The notes under the pieces are model-generated. The model made no database searches. It had not been told where the DNA came from and saw only the letters and a list, made by a program, of their open reading frames with translations. A program made the position numbers and the translations under genes. DNA of 64,000 nt from Eledone cirrhosa. Its lineage: Eukaryota. Of this stretch, positions 53,765-64,000 are shown one piece after another; positions within the stretch are counted from its first letter, which is position 1, and every line of letters starts with the position of its first letter. Location of the stretch: the NCBI GenBank assembly GCA_964016885.1, contig OZ024740.1, positions 84,816,001 through 84,880,000 on the forward strand. Reading direction: 5' to 3'.

Positions 53765-55489
53765 TCAGGAACACAGTTTGCAAGGGTTATCACTGCCATT
53801 CACACAAGACACATGGAACCATCTAGGGCAATTGTCACAACCAACCCAATTAATGTCTTCCTGGTCAGTTTCAGGGTCTTCTTCCAGGCAGATATAACAA
53901 ATGCTATCATCAATTTCTTCTTTAACATCATCAACAGTTTTACTTGCTGGCAGTAACTTCTTTTTAGATTTACTTTTATTTTTCCGTTTCATTTTAGGTT
54001 GAAATCTCAGGATTGCTTCTTTTATTAATGCAGCTTCATCATTTTCTTGTGCATTTTTCTTTTGTTCTTTGTTTGGTGGGGCTTTGTCATCTCCCTGTAG
54101 GCCTCTTTTTTGACGTTTAGAAGGTTTTTTCACAGATTTTGTTTTTTCATTTGAGAAAACAGAAGACCGAGGAGACCTTTTGGCTTTTGTTTTAGAATTT
54201 GATGCAGACTCTGTTACTGCTTCAGCATCTTCCGTTTCCGTTGATTGGAGACCAGATGGACCAGCATCTCTCTCCGATCTATCTAAATTTTTAGAAGAAA
54301 GTAGCTTACCCTTTTCCACATCCAAAGGACAAAAACCAGACTTACGAAATCCATTGATGAGGTTATCTTTTCGGGCAAGGAAGGCTTCATCAAAGAAGCG
54401 CTTCAATAGAGAAGGAAAAACAAGCTTTTGGACCGATTTCAGACTAGACTCCTTATAGTATGTCTGGAGAATCCTATGCCACACTTTTTTGGCTGGTCCA
54501 TACACAGAAATCTCAAGAGGTTGCAGAGCACCTGAGGAATGTGGAGGTAAGCAAACAAGATGTACCCCAGCATTCCTGGCTTTTGAAGCTGTTTGATAGG
54601 TAATATGTGAGCCATTTCCATCAAAAAACACAATTATTGGTTTCTCCCTATTTTTTACAAAAGGTAAAAATGTCTGTGTCACCCAGTTTTCAAATACATA
54701 ATCATCCATCCAACCAGTTTCTGTAATGTTGTATGTAGTCCCAGCAGGGCCACCCATCATCCACGTATCGTACAGGTATTTACCTTTGTAAATAACGTAG
54801 GGAGGCAGATACTCTCCCTCAGCATTGCCACAAAATAAAACAGTGTAAAGAGTCTTACCCACCGACGGCACTACATACTGACCGTTCTTAATGCCACGAT
54901 GATGAAAAGTCTTTTTCTTTTTCGGATCGAGATTAAGTCCCGTTTCATTTAAATTGTAAAATCGTTCCGGTAAATCTGTTATGCCCAATTGATTCACCAA
55001 CTGACTCAACATTTGAAAAAAGCCATCGATAACCACATCAGTGAGTTCTTTAATTTTTGCAATATTTACATAATCTGGTTTTCTCAAAGTTAGTCTGTCT
55101 TTCCAGCGATTCATGAAATGCTGAAGCCAGTCATCTCCAGGTACATTGTTTTTAAAAACAGTTTGCAGATCCATAGAATCAAAGTAACTTTTCACAATAA
55201 GTTTCAGTTGGTCATTATCCAACGTCCACCCGAGATCACCCAAATACAATAGTGCCTCTATTAAATATTCTTCGATTTCAGTTGACAGAACTGTATCACG
55301 ACCCGATCGAAAATGAGCACTTTCGCGTTTGTTAACCCATCTTTCTAACGTGGATCTTGGTACACCAAACTTCCGAGCAACTGAACGAAAAGTCACACCT
55401 TTACCTCCGTTTTTGTAGCAGTTTATAGCATTCCTCAGATCATCTTCAGAAAATGTTTTCAAAGTTTTTCTTTTGTATAATCGGGGCAT
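53765..55489 (-). CDS. Intronless pogo/CENP-B-like (DDE_1) transposase-derived protein, 574 aa, with psq-type HTH, CENPB-type HTH, altered DDD domain and C-terminal PHD finger
   Basis: Uninterrupted ORF from ATG at 55489. Motifs: FRSVARKFGVPRSTL (HTH), PGDDWLQHFMNRW (CENPB-type HTH), YNLNETG / FFDGNGSH / LPPHSSGALQPLE (DDE_1), and a C-terminal C4HC3 CYIC...CDNC...H..C...CKLC. No terminal inverted repeats recognised. Confidence 0.92.
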   Translation of the reverse strand: MPRLYKRKTLKTFSEDDLRNAINCYKNGGKGVTFRSVARKFGVPRSTLERWVNKRESAHFRSGRDTVLSTEIEEYLIEALLYLGDLGWTLDNDQLKLIVKSYFDSMDLQTVFKNNVPGDDWLQHFMNRWKDRLTLRKPDYVNIAKIKELTDVVIDGFFQMLSQLVNQLGITDLPERFYNLNETGLNLDPKKKKTFHHRGIKNGQYVVPSVGKTLYTVLFCGNAEGEYLPPYVIYKGKYLYDTWMMGGPAGTTYNITETGWMDDYVFENWVTQTFLPFVKNREKPIIVFFDGNGSHITYQTASKARNAGVHLVCLPPHSSGALQPLEISVYGPAKKVWHRILQTYYKESSLKSVQKLVFPSLLKRFFDEAFLARKDNLINGFRKSGFCPLDVEKGKLLSSKNLDRSERDAGPSGLQSTETEDAEAVTESASNSKTKAKRSPRSSVFSNEKTKSVKKPSKRQKRGLQGDDKAPPNKEQKKNAQENDEAALIKEAILRFQPKMKRKNKSKSKKKLLPASKTVDDVKEEIDDSICYICLEEDPETDQEDINWVGCDNCPRWFHVSCVNGSDNPCKLCS

Positions 55490-56339
55490 GACTATTCCTT
55501 TAACTTCCCACACGACTTCTTCTGCAGGATTTGTTTTGGTTAACTCTGTTATTAAATAGTGTGGTTATACACCCCTCCCTGTGGTTTGTTCTAATTGTGT
55601 CGATCTTATAACAAAAGGTTACAAATATCAAGTAAATTCTGGCCCCTCCCAGAACACATCTTGTTCTTGAAACATAAACATAGTTTAACCTACCACATCT
55701 CATACAAGTCAACGAGCCTTAGCTAGTTTTGTTAGGTATTCAGCGGAAATATAGACACATCATTTTAGTAATATTCTAATATAGAAACACACAATACACT
55801 GGTTCTTACATTTCCGCCTTTTTGTTTAATCTTGTCTTTCTTTCTTTCCAGCACGATAGTGGATCCTGGATTAGAATAGTTCCAACGGATATCATCAAAG
55901 TAAGTCCTTTTATCATAGTGCTCCGATTAAACAAGGCAAAACTGGCAGAATTTCACACAGAGAAAGTTAACAGTTTTATCATATTAATAGCTTTGGGGAA
56001 CAACTAAAAAAATCCATTCGATAAAAATTTCGATTTAAAACTTCCAAGACATTTAAAGTTAAAAGACTGGAGTGTTTATTGGTAAGGTCAAACGACCTAA
56101 AATGATATATTCCACACAGCATTACATTGTAGGAAGGATTTTCACAACCTTCAATACGGAAGGAACCTTGTTACTTTCATTTGATCTGACTGATCGAGTT
56201 ATTGCTTTTCAACAGAGTATTATATATCTCCCCCATCGTATCCCCAGATGGATTTCCCCCTTATTTCGTCGTTAGCACCAACTAAAACTTTCTGCCTCCT
56301 GTCTACCACCACTAAAAAGGAATAATGTTTAATTAGCAC

Positions 56340-56415
56340 GGAAATACAGCGAAAGAACGTCATTGGCTGGAGAGAGAGATAGAGAGAGAGAGAAGACTAA
56401 ATTTTTACTTCCGAT
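56340..56415 (-). promoter_or_regulatory. Putative separate promoter for the nested pogo-derived gene
   Basis: Minus strand carries AGCCAATGACGT (CCAAT box plus CRE half-site, about 56357-56368) and an ETS core CGGAAGT (about 56407-56413), about 0.9 kb upstream of the ORF and inside APIP intron 1. Confidence 0.4.
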
Positions 56416-56655
56416 ATTTAGAAGTAGTTATATTGCAATATTGCATGGCAAAGATATAGATATGAGGCTGTTACTAAAATACAAATATACATTGATCTGA
56501 GATAATTGATAAAATGCGTGCGTGTATGTCTCTTTACAATGATGAGTGTGCGCGTGTCATTTGTTATTCTGTTCGTAACTCTTGCCGGGAAATCAGCACG
56601 ATTGCCATCGGAAAGAGTGGGGAAATAAGATCATAGGCATGAAAAGCAATCTTAC

Positions 56656-56664
56656 TTCGTCCAT
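56656..56664 (-). CDS. APIP: APIP candidate coding exon 1 (M-D-E), followed by GTAAGA donor
   Basis: Minus strand reads ccaATG GAC GAA|gtaagat. The phase-0 donor joins exon 2 to give [14 protein letters not shown]. It lies directly beside the promoter motifs at about 56770-56820. Only 9 coding nt, so the assignment is an inference. Confidence 0.7.
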
Positions 56665-57490
56665 TGGTGAGAAGGTTTGCGTGAGAAGGCAGTCTTAGGA
56701 ATGTGTTCTGAATAGAGTTCGTCTGGATCCTACTTTCCACACTTGCCGCGTAAACACAACATAATATGGAGGAAGTCTCGGACCGCTAGTACTGACTTCC
56801 GGTCTCACTACAATTCTCTCACTGTCGTTAACTGATGCGAGATTTTCTTTTTAAAACAGTATAAAAATTTGATTTTTTAGAAAAGTTAATAAATATATTT
56901 AGGCACAATATGTATGTATTTATCTATAATTCCATTATGTATATATATATATAAATATAATTATAAAAACTAAATAGCTATTTTTTTTATGGCGAAGCTG
57001 ACCACCGGCGAATATTCGAGTCACTAACAATCTTTATTTTGTAAAAATAAATTTTATACACTACATATGTATATTGAGTGCTCTTGGATTTTTTTATATA
57101 TGATTATACACAGAACACACATTAATATAAGTCTTTTACTAACTACTATATTTGTGTATGTGTGCGCGCGCGCGCACGCGTACATCTGCTTATGATGTCT
57201 GCTTAGTGGGGTGAACACCTACCTCTTGGAGCTGCCTAGTTTTTTGTTTTGCCTTTTTTTTTTTCCACCTCCAACCTATCATATACAGTCCATTTTTTTT
57301 TTTTTTTTTTTAATTAGCCTCCCTGTTCGGCAGCAACTGCTTTAAAAGTGGGTGGACTCGACCGTCGCTCTCCACATATACGCACCTCATTTCAAACAAC
57401 CTTCATTGACTTTTTCTTGAATTTCCCCATCGTAACGGACGACTTTAAACAACAAGCTTAATTATTTATTTAATCAACTGTGAATTTGAA
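56665..57490. promoter_or_regulatory. Putative bidirectional promoter between APIP and FIBP
   Basis: Divergent ATGs about 0.83 kb apart. ETS/GABP-type ACTTCCGG at 56795-56802, ZNF143/THAP11-like ACTACAATTCTC at 56807-56818, GCGC run near 57163-57180, locally raised CpG. Confidence 0.65.
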
Positions 57491-57702
57491 ATGGCAAATA
57501 CGATCAGTGAGGTTGATGTGATGGTGGGCAGCCGTTTGATCGTTGATCCAGAGGTATATGAATATTGGTTAAATGGTAACACAGCACATGAAGCAGCCAT
57601 CAGTTTACAACAGAACGGGGTGCTTATCAAGTACCAAGCAACATTCGATGATCTTCTTAGCGACACCAGAGACTATTACCGTACTTTTGCAAGTCTCGAA
57701 CG
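57491..57702 (+). CDS. FIBP: FIBP (acidic FGF intracellular-binding protein) first coding exon
   Basis: MANTISEVDVMVGSRLIVDPEVYEYWLNG...LLSDTRDYYRTFASLER parallels the FIBP N-terminus ([24 protein letters not shown]...SDTMDHYRTFHMLER). GTGAGC donor at 57703. No downstream exon found in the window. Confidence 0.9.
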
Positions 57703-60700
57703 GTGAGCAAATTAATAATAATAATGTGCGGCAAAATGCTTTCTTCTATATAAACATTTTTTTTATCTTCTGTTTCCTCCTATCTCTCTGTCTCTTCTCT
57801 AATGCATTATATACACACGGCCCTCTACGTAGTCGCTGGACATGCTAAAAATAGTAGACCAATTGCACTGAAATTATAGAACTATCACCTCGAAATAGAA
57901 GATATACTTTGAATAATTTACTGTCCTAGATGCTCAGTGCACAAAAGAAGGATAAATTGTCACGGTTAGAATAATTTTGATCGTAAGTTGGATTAGTTAG
58001 AACTGAAGCTAAACAACAGTATGATAGTTAATGACTGGAACATCTTTGATCATAGAGTCAATTGGAGTTGACCTAGGGCTAAACAACAACTACCGATCCA
58101 GTGAGAAAGCATGTAAGCGATTCTCGACCTAGAGTCCGTGAGCTAAGTTCAAAATTTCAAATACTTTGTTAAAAACATAATATACACACATTATTGGATA
58201 TCAATTCTTCCGCCAACATAAACAAATTATTTTCACCAACATAAACAAATTATTTTCACCATATAACAATCTAGGGGATGGTGGAGTGAATGTAACTAGG
58301 AGGCATGTTTCTGCTGCGACCATCCCATCATTATATATATATATAATAATTTAGATGAGTTGATAATACAACCATTATTTTTATTAATTATATATATATA
58401 CACACACACACAGAATGTGTGTGTGGTGTCTAATTTGCCCTTCCTTTTTTAAGATGGTAGGATGTAACTTGTGGGAGTTTGACCGTGATATCTAGCAGGT
58501 TGAGTAACCGCTTAGAAGCACGCTCATTGACTCGTGAATAATTGTGGTTCAGTCCCGAGTCAGCCCTAATTGAACAAACCCATGATCAAAGTGTTCCTGC
58601 CAGAACCATAGTCTTTTTCCACATATGAATCTATCAGCTGATTCGCTTGATGTTATTTAGCCCATAGTCAATCCAACTCGAGTAGCTTCATGTATGATAA
58701 GCGGAGTTTCAGTCGTGACCATCCCATATTTTCGGGCACATGACTATATTATCTAATGACCTTTTTAAGACATTGTGATTTTATGGAAATCTAGCTGCTA
58801 TTTCTAGCAAATTGAACTACTACATAGACTTTCTCGTTAGCTCAGTCAGCTGATCTGTTGTGCTTGTAACTATTAGTGTTGTTATTTATGTTAGTAATGA
58901 GTTTAAAAGATTTTATTAGTTGTAGAATAACGTTAATTAGTGTAATTAATGTTATTACTCTTTTATAGTAATGTAAATATACATTTTACATAAAAACAGT
59001 CCCGATAAATTTTATCTTTCTTTTTATATCGTATAAATTGACTTTATTATATAACCATAAGTAAATGATACTTTTTACCACAATTATTTTTTATATAGCA
59101 GAATTATGATTAAAAGAGTTCTCGTTGTAGTTATCCCGTTTTGGGTTATACTGTAGAACACTAGGGTAAAATAATGTATACTTAATTCTGGAGCCGGCCG
59201 AACTGTCCAGAGTTGATGGGAAGAGACCAGATAGCCTTAGCCTTTGTCCCTGGGTAAGAAGTAGATGTTTCTTTGGGGAAGCCTCTGTCAGTGACTCTTT
59301 TGCTCCTTCCCATATCTTGGATGCTGCGGTAAATTTAAGGGTTGCTGCTTCCATAGCTGAACAGAATAAAATTCTAAAGTTACCGGCAAACTATTTTTTC
59401 GCTGGCAGCGAAGTTCTTGTCATCGTTAGCGGCTTGCTTTACCGATGTGTCAGATGATGCCCGTGAAGGTGCTTGGTTGTTCCAGCGCCTTAGTCTCGCT
59501 ATCACCCTCTTAATACTGCGAGCGTGTTGACTTGTCTCAAAAAGTATTAGAGGGAGGTTTCGGCACCCCGTGTGGTGTGTGACCGATCGACACACTTGGT
59601 GCTGAATTAATATTTACTTTTGTTTTGATTATGTATTTTTATGTGAAATATTTATGTAATTCAGTATTGACTATATTATTTGTGTGAATATTTTCATTCT
59701 GTAAGGATTATAAATAAGTGTTCATCTACAGGCATTCATTAAAAAATGAAAGCATTAGTATAAGTACTCTTTCCTTTTCTGTAATGAAAATAGTATGAAT
59801 ATTGAAAGGTTTCGGATTCTAGTCTTTCACTTTTTCACAATGTTTTAAATTCAAAATGATTAAGTACGTAAATATAAATATATAAAAACGTATGTTGTTT
59901 AATGTGCAAAGGCATTTCCATCCTTTAAAAAAATTAAAGCAACGGAATTCCGAACTTTACGGAAATGTGTTCTTTCGGTGTTTACAATTGAAATGGCCTC
60001 CCGTAGCAAACATTTTTCTTTTTTTCTTCTTCCATACGTTTTTATTTTTTATATAGAATGTGTTGGCAAATAGAAAACAAAAAGAAGAGGAGAATAAGAG
60101 TAAGAAAAAAGGAAGGGAATTAAGCAACGAAAGAAAGGTTGGGACAACAGGCCCAACACCCTAGTCTGAACGGTGTTTCAGCTGCGCCCAGCAGTATTTC
60201 GTTTGCATTTACAGAGTATAAATAATTTTGTTTGCATTTGAAATGTATAGATATATTTTGTTTGCATTCGTAATTATATTTTCATTCTTAAGAGAACATT
60301 TTCAAAAAGTGAAACAATACAATTTTGCTAGAGTATTCTCCCTTGAGACACTCCCCATTCCTACCGTTACTTTATTTCCAGATTTAGGCTATATAAAATT
60401 ATTTCATCGAATGTGCCATTCACTTTTAAGACATTAAGGTTTTGATTTGAGGCAGATTGGGCAAGTATTTCTATCAGGCCAATTGACGATGTTTTATCCT
60501 TCTCTGAAGGATGAACAACAAAGTTGACATCGGCAAGATTTGGTAGTAAAGAGCTGAAAGAACTACATAAAAAAAGAAATTTTAGAATTGTGCAAATCAT
60601 GGAAGCAAGTGTCATCCCAGTTTTTGGTATTCTCTAATTTGTAATGACTATTTTTAACATTTTAAAAGTGTTTGAAGTATTTAAACCATAATTTACCTTG

Positions 60701-61367
60701 TAATATTTGACACAAAATGTAAACTTAATGCACAAAATTAAATGCAAATTAATCTTTTAGTGTCCAATGCAAGGAAAATATGTTTCTTGGTTGTATACTT
60801 CATTAAACTTGTGTAGATGGTCCAGGAAGCTTGTGTCCAACAAAATATTTTAACTGTACTGATGCCACTGTGACTGGAAGCTACTATGTTAGCAATCAAA
60901 CATAAAGGATTTGAGAAGACCTTCAGTCTCTAATGCTGATGCCACAATACAATGCACCCAGCACATACTGTAAAATGTTAGTGTTGGTGTCATGAAAAAC
61001 ATACCCAGTCCAGTACATTCTGTAATGTGTTAGTGGTGGTACCACAAAAAAAATGGATGTCAAACGATGGTGTATTCTGTTCTTTGATTCATGATATGTT
61101 GTTTTATATGGATGGGACAAGTCAGTTGGATTAACCCTGGTATAGAGGGAGGCCTTTGTACAGTCCCTTGAATTGCTAACCATAACAGGCAAATCTCACT
61201 TTGATCACCCCTTACTGTTTTTTTTTTAATAATCTAATATTAGATATACTCTGAAAAAGAATGATGGGATGACTACAGCTGGAACTTCATTGATCATAGA
61301 CTTGCTGTATCAAGACTGACTTGAATAAAATGTAGAAGAATGAGATTAACACTTTTGATATCTTGAT

Positions 61368-62011
61368 ATCATCATCATCATCATCATCATCAACGTTTAA
61401 CGTCCGTGTTCCACGCTTGCATGGGTTTGGACGGGGCTTTTCCCACTTGAGGCAAGAGTGATTGTCTTGCTCGCATAGGACTGTCTGGCGGGTTTTCTAC
61501 AGCTGGATGCCCTTCCTAACACCAACCACATTTACAGTGTGGGGCTGGGAGGTTTTTACCGTGTTGCCTACACAGCCACATTACAGCGTGGACTGTCTGG
61601 TGGGTTTTCTACAGCTGGATGCCCTTCCTAACACCAACCACATTTACAGTGTGGGGCTGGGAGGTTTTTACCGTGTTGCCTACACGGCCACATTACAGCG
61701 TGGACTGTGTGTTTCTTTTGTCGTGACACCTACACGACCTCATTTGTTTCGGCCTGGATGTTGTGGCACCAACATAACTTTACATTGAAAGGGGCGGTGT
61801 GGATGGGGTGGGGGTGGTGGGACGGGGTGTATTTTGTTAGAGATGCCTACTGACTAGTAGGTTTTACTTTGTATTTAGGTAAGGGGGGTCTTCTCTATTA
61901 CTGAGTACTGCCAAAGGTCTTGGTCCAGTGACATTGTCTTGGAGAGGTGTAAGTGTGTGAGGTCGGAATTTATCAGCTCGTCTCAGGTTTTTCTGGGTCT
62001 GCCTATTCCGT
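61368..62011 (-). mobile_element. RTE LINE 3' fragment with internal tandem duplication of about 113 bp
   Basis: Reverse complement of about 8385-8934 with an (ATC)n tail. The block near 61488-61600 is repeated at about 61601-61713. Confidence 0.88.
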
Positions 62012-62125
62012 ATCATGATGATAATGTCAAACTGTAAAACTATCCCTGGTTCTATACAAAATTGTTTGTTTTAAAATGTTTAAATTTTTTAAAACACCTT
62101 CCATGATTTTATGTAAGAACTTTAA

Positions 62126-62345
62126 TAATGGTTTCTAATTTAGCCACTAGGCTTGTAATTTGGGGAGGAGAGAAAGTTGGTTAAATCAACCCCGGTACTT
62201 GACTGGTACTTTATTATATCGATCCCAGGAGGATGAAAGACAAAGTTGACTTTCTAGGGATTTAAACTCAGAACATAAAGAGCCATAACTAAATGCTACA
62301 ACATATTTTGTTTGGCACTCTAACAATTCTGTCAATCCACCACCC
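62126..62345 (-). mobile_element. Older copy of the same SINE family
   Basis: Diverged core (ctggtactttattatatcgatcccaggaggatgaaagacaaagttgac). Confidence 0.7.
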
Positions 62346-63532
62346 TAAACGCCAGCTTAATAATGAGAAAATATTTCATATTTCTAAATCGTTCCAAATT
62401 CTTGATTATTTTCAAAATAATTTCAAAATTACAGTCAGTGTCTTTCATTAGAAATATGGTAACAAAAGGGTTAAAGCATTCAGTAGCTAGCCATTCCCCT
62501 CAACACACTGCTCTATGTTCCACATATTCATTCACAGTAAAAAATTATTATAATAAAAAAAAAAAAGAGATATGAATGTTAATTCAATCAATCATTGTTT
62601 TATTTTCACTTCAGAAATTAAAAGTCCAAAACCGATTCAAATTAAAAACAACATTGAACTTCATAACTGAATATGGATATTATCAATTATCAATCTTTAT
62701 TTTGTTTTTATAACATAGTCAGATGATGACGGATAGTGTTCATAACCTTTTTCAGCTTCTAAGACTGGTGGGTGGAAGGAAGAAACCACTAGTCATGGGT
62801 TATCCTCAGACTAAAGACCAGGTCTAAATATTTGTAACAGAGCAAGCTTCATCTAAAAACACCCAAGAGTCACCAGGCAGAAGTGTTAACTTCATTGAGG
62901 CTCCCAAGAGTTACCTGACAAGGGTGTTAAACATGGCAATATTTTAAGTCTATCATCCCAAACAGGTAAGATACAGTAAATCTTACAAGCTTCTGCATAG
63001 TTACCATCTACCTAATTTCACACAAATCTATAGTAGAGGACATTTGCCCAAGATGCTATGCGGTGGTATCATACATGGAACCACATACTTGCAAAGTAAA
63101 CTTCTTAACTACACAGTCATGCCTGCATATAGCAAATTAAGATAAGATACACAAGAGAGAGTTCCTTCTCTAGTTCCTTAAGAGGATTTAAGTTCAGCAT
63201 TACCATATAAGCAAATGTAGTATTCTCAGTGATAGAGTATCTTCATTACATACATTTATAAATATCAAAAATACATTACATTGTAATGCCAGTTACAATA
63301 TTAGACTAATAAATGCTTTTACAATTTATTTAGTTGTGACAGTCCATGTAAGAAAAAATCTGATATATACAAAATAGTTTATATATATACTGAATTCTAT
63401 ATTAGCTGCCTTCTCCACCTATGTTTTACCTGCAGATGATGAAACTGAGTATTGGCCATATCATTTTCACCTATCTGTATATAGAGTTAAGCATTAAAAC
63501 TTAAACCACCAACAAAACATCAACCATTTTGA

Positions 63533-63983
63533 TCATCATCATCATCATCATCGTTTAACGTCCATCTTCCACGCTAGCATGGATTTGGACGGGAATTTTC
63601 CCACTTGAGGCAAGATTGGTTGTCTTGCTCGTATAGGACTGTCTGGCGGGTTTTCTACGGCTGGATGCCCTTCCTAACACCAACCACATTTACAGTGTGG
63701 ACTGGGAGGTTTTTACCGTGTTACCTACACGGCCACATTACAGCGTGGACTGTGTGTGTTTTTGTCGTGACACTTACACGCCCTCATTTGTTTCAGACTG
63801 GATGCTGTGGTACCAACATAACTTTACATTGGATGGGGTGGGGGTAGTGGGGCTGAGGTGTATTTTGTTAGAGGTGCCTACTGACTGTAGGTTTCGCTTT
63901 GTACTTAGGCAAGGCGGGGCTTCTGTATTACTGTGTATCACCAAAGATCTCAGTCCAGTGACATTGTCTTGGAGAGGTGTAAG
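63533..63983 (-). mobile_element. RTE LINE 3' fragment
   Basis: Reverse complement of about 8440-8934 with an (ATC)n tail. Confidence 0.88.
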
Positions 63984-64000
63984 TATTGCGATAAACCACA

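Noticed and set aside
55490-55560. In-frame APIP exon 1 to pogo fusion via the ctgcag or taacag acceptors
   Set aside because: Both acceptors are phase 1 relative to the pogo frame and lack a polypyrimidine tract. The GTG start in the ORF track is also unlikely in a eukaryote.
59270-59330. Loose similarity to the 5' part of RNase P RNA and to U1 segments
   Set aside because: Conserved CR-I and CR-V motifs are absent, and the U1-like pieces are in the wrong order.
59380-59460. Resemblance of ctattttttcgctggcagcg...tgtcag to the vertebrate telomerase RNA pseudoknot
   Set aside because: No CTAACCCT template at the expected position on either strand, and no convincing P6.1 or H/ACA boxes.
60150-60205. 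Hammerhead-like ctgctgg...gaaacaccgtt on the minus strand
   Set aside because: Core box has two mismatches, helix I is not supported, and there is no fold-back context.
60370-63500. Candidate FIBP exon 2 acceptors (about 60381, 62614, 62756 and 63435)
   Set aside because: In the required phase they hit stops immediately or give no FIBP-like sequence.

Overview
AT-rich, microsatellite- and transposon-rich animal genomic DNA. The repeat content suggests an octopus-like coleoid mollusc (inference). Three protein-coding genes can be read. (1) APIP/MtnB (methylthioribulose-1-phosphate dehydratase) on the minus strand: seven short coding exons with consistent phases span 56664 to 2289, and the last exon lies outside the window. 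(2) An intronless 574-aa pogo/CENP-B-type transposase-derived ORF (53765-55489, minus) with two HTHs, an altered N-D35-E catalytic triad and a C-terminal PHD finger. It is nested in the inferred APIP intron 1 on the same strand. (3) The first coding exon of FIBP (57491-57702, plus), head-to-head with APIP. The introns hold RTE LINEs with a PHD-like finger inside the RT, a CR1 LINE, a deleted Penelope-like element, tRNA-derived SINEs, piggyBac- and Tc1/mariner-type MITEs, Helitron-like ends and a probable solo LTR. The most unusual signal is a series of short fold-back (inverted-repeat) elements. Several carry hammerhead ribozyme cores and look like inverted Penelope pLTR remnants. All family assignments come from motif recognition by eye; no searches were run.
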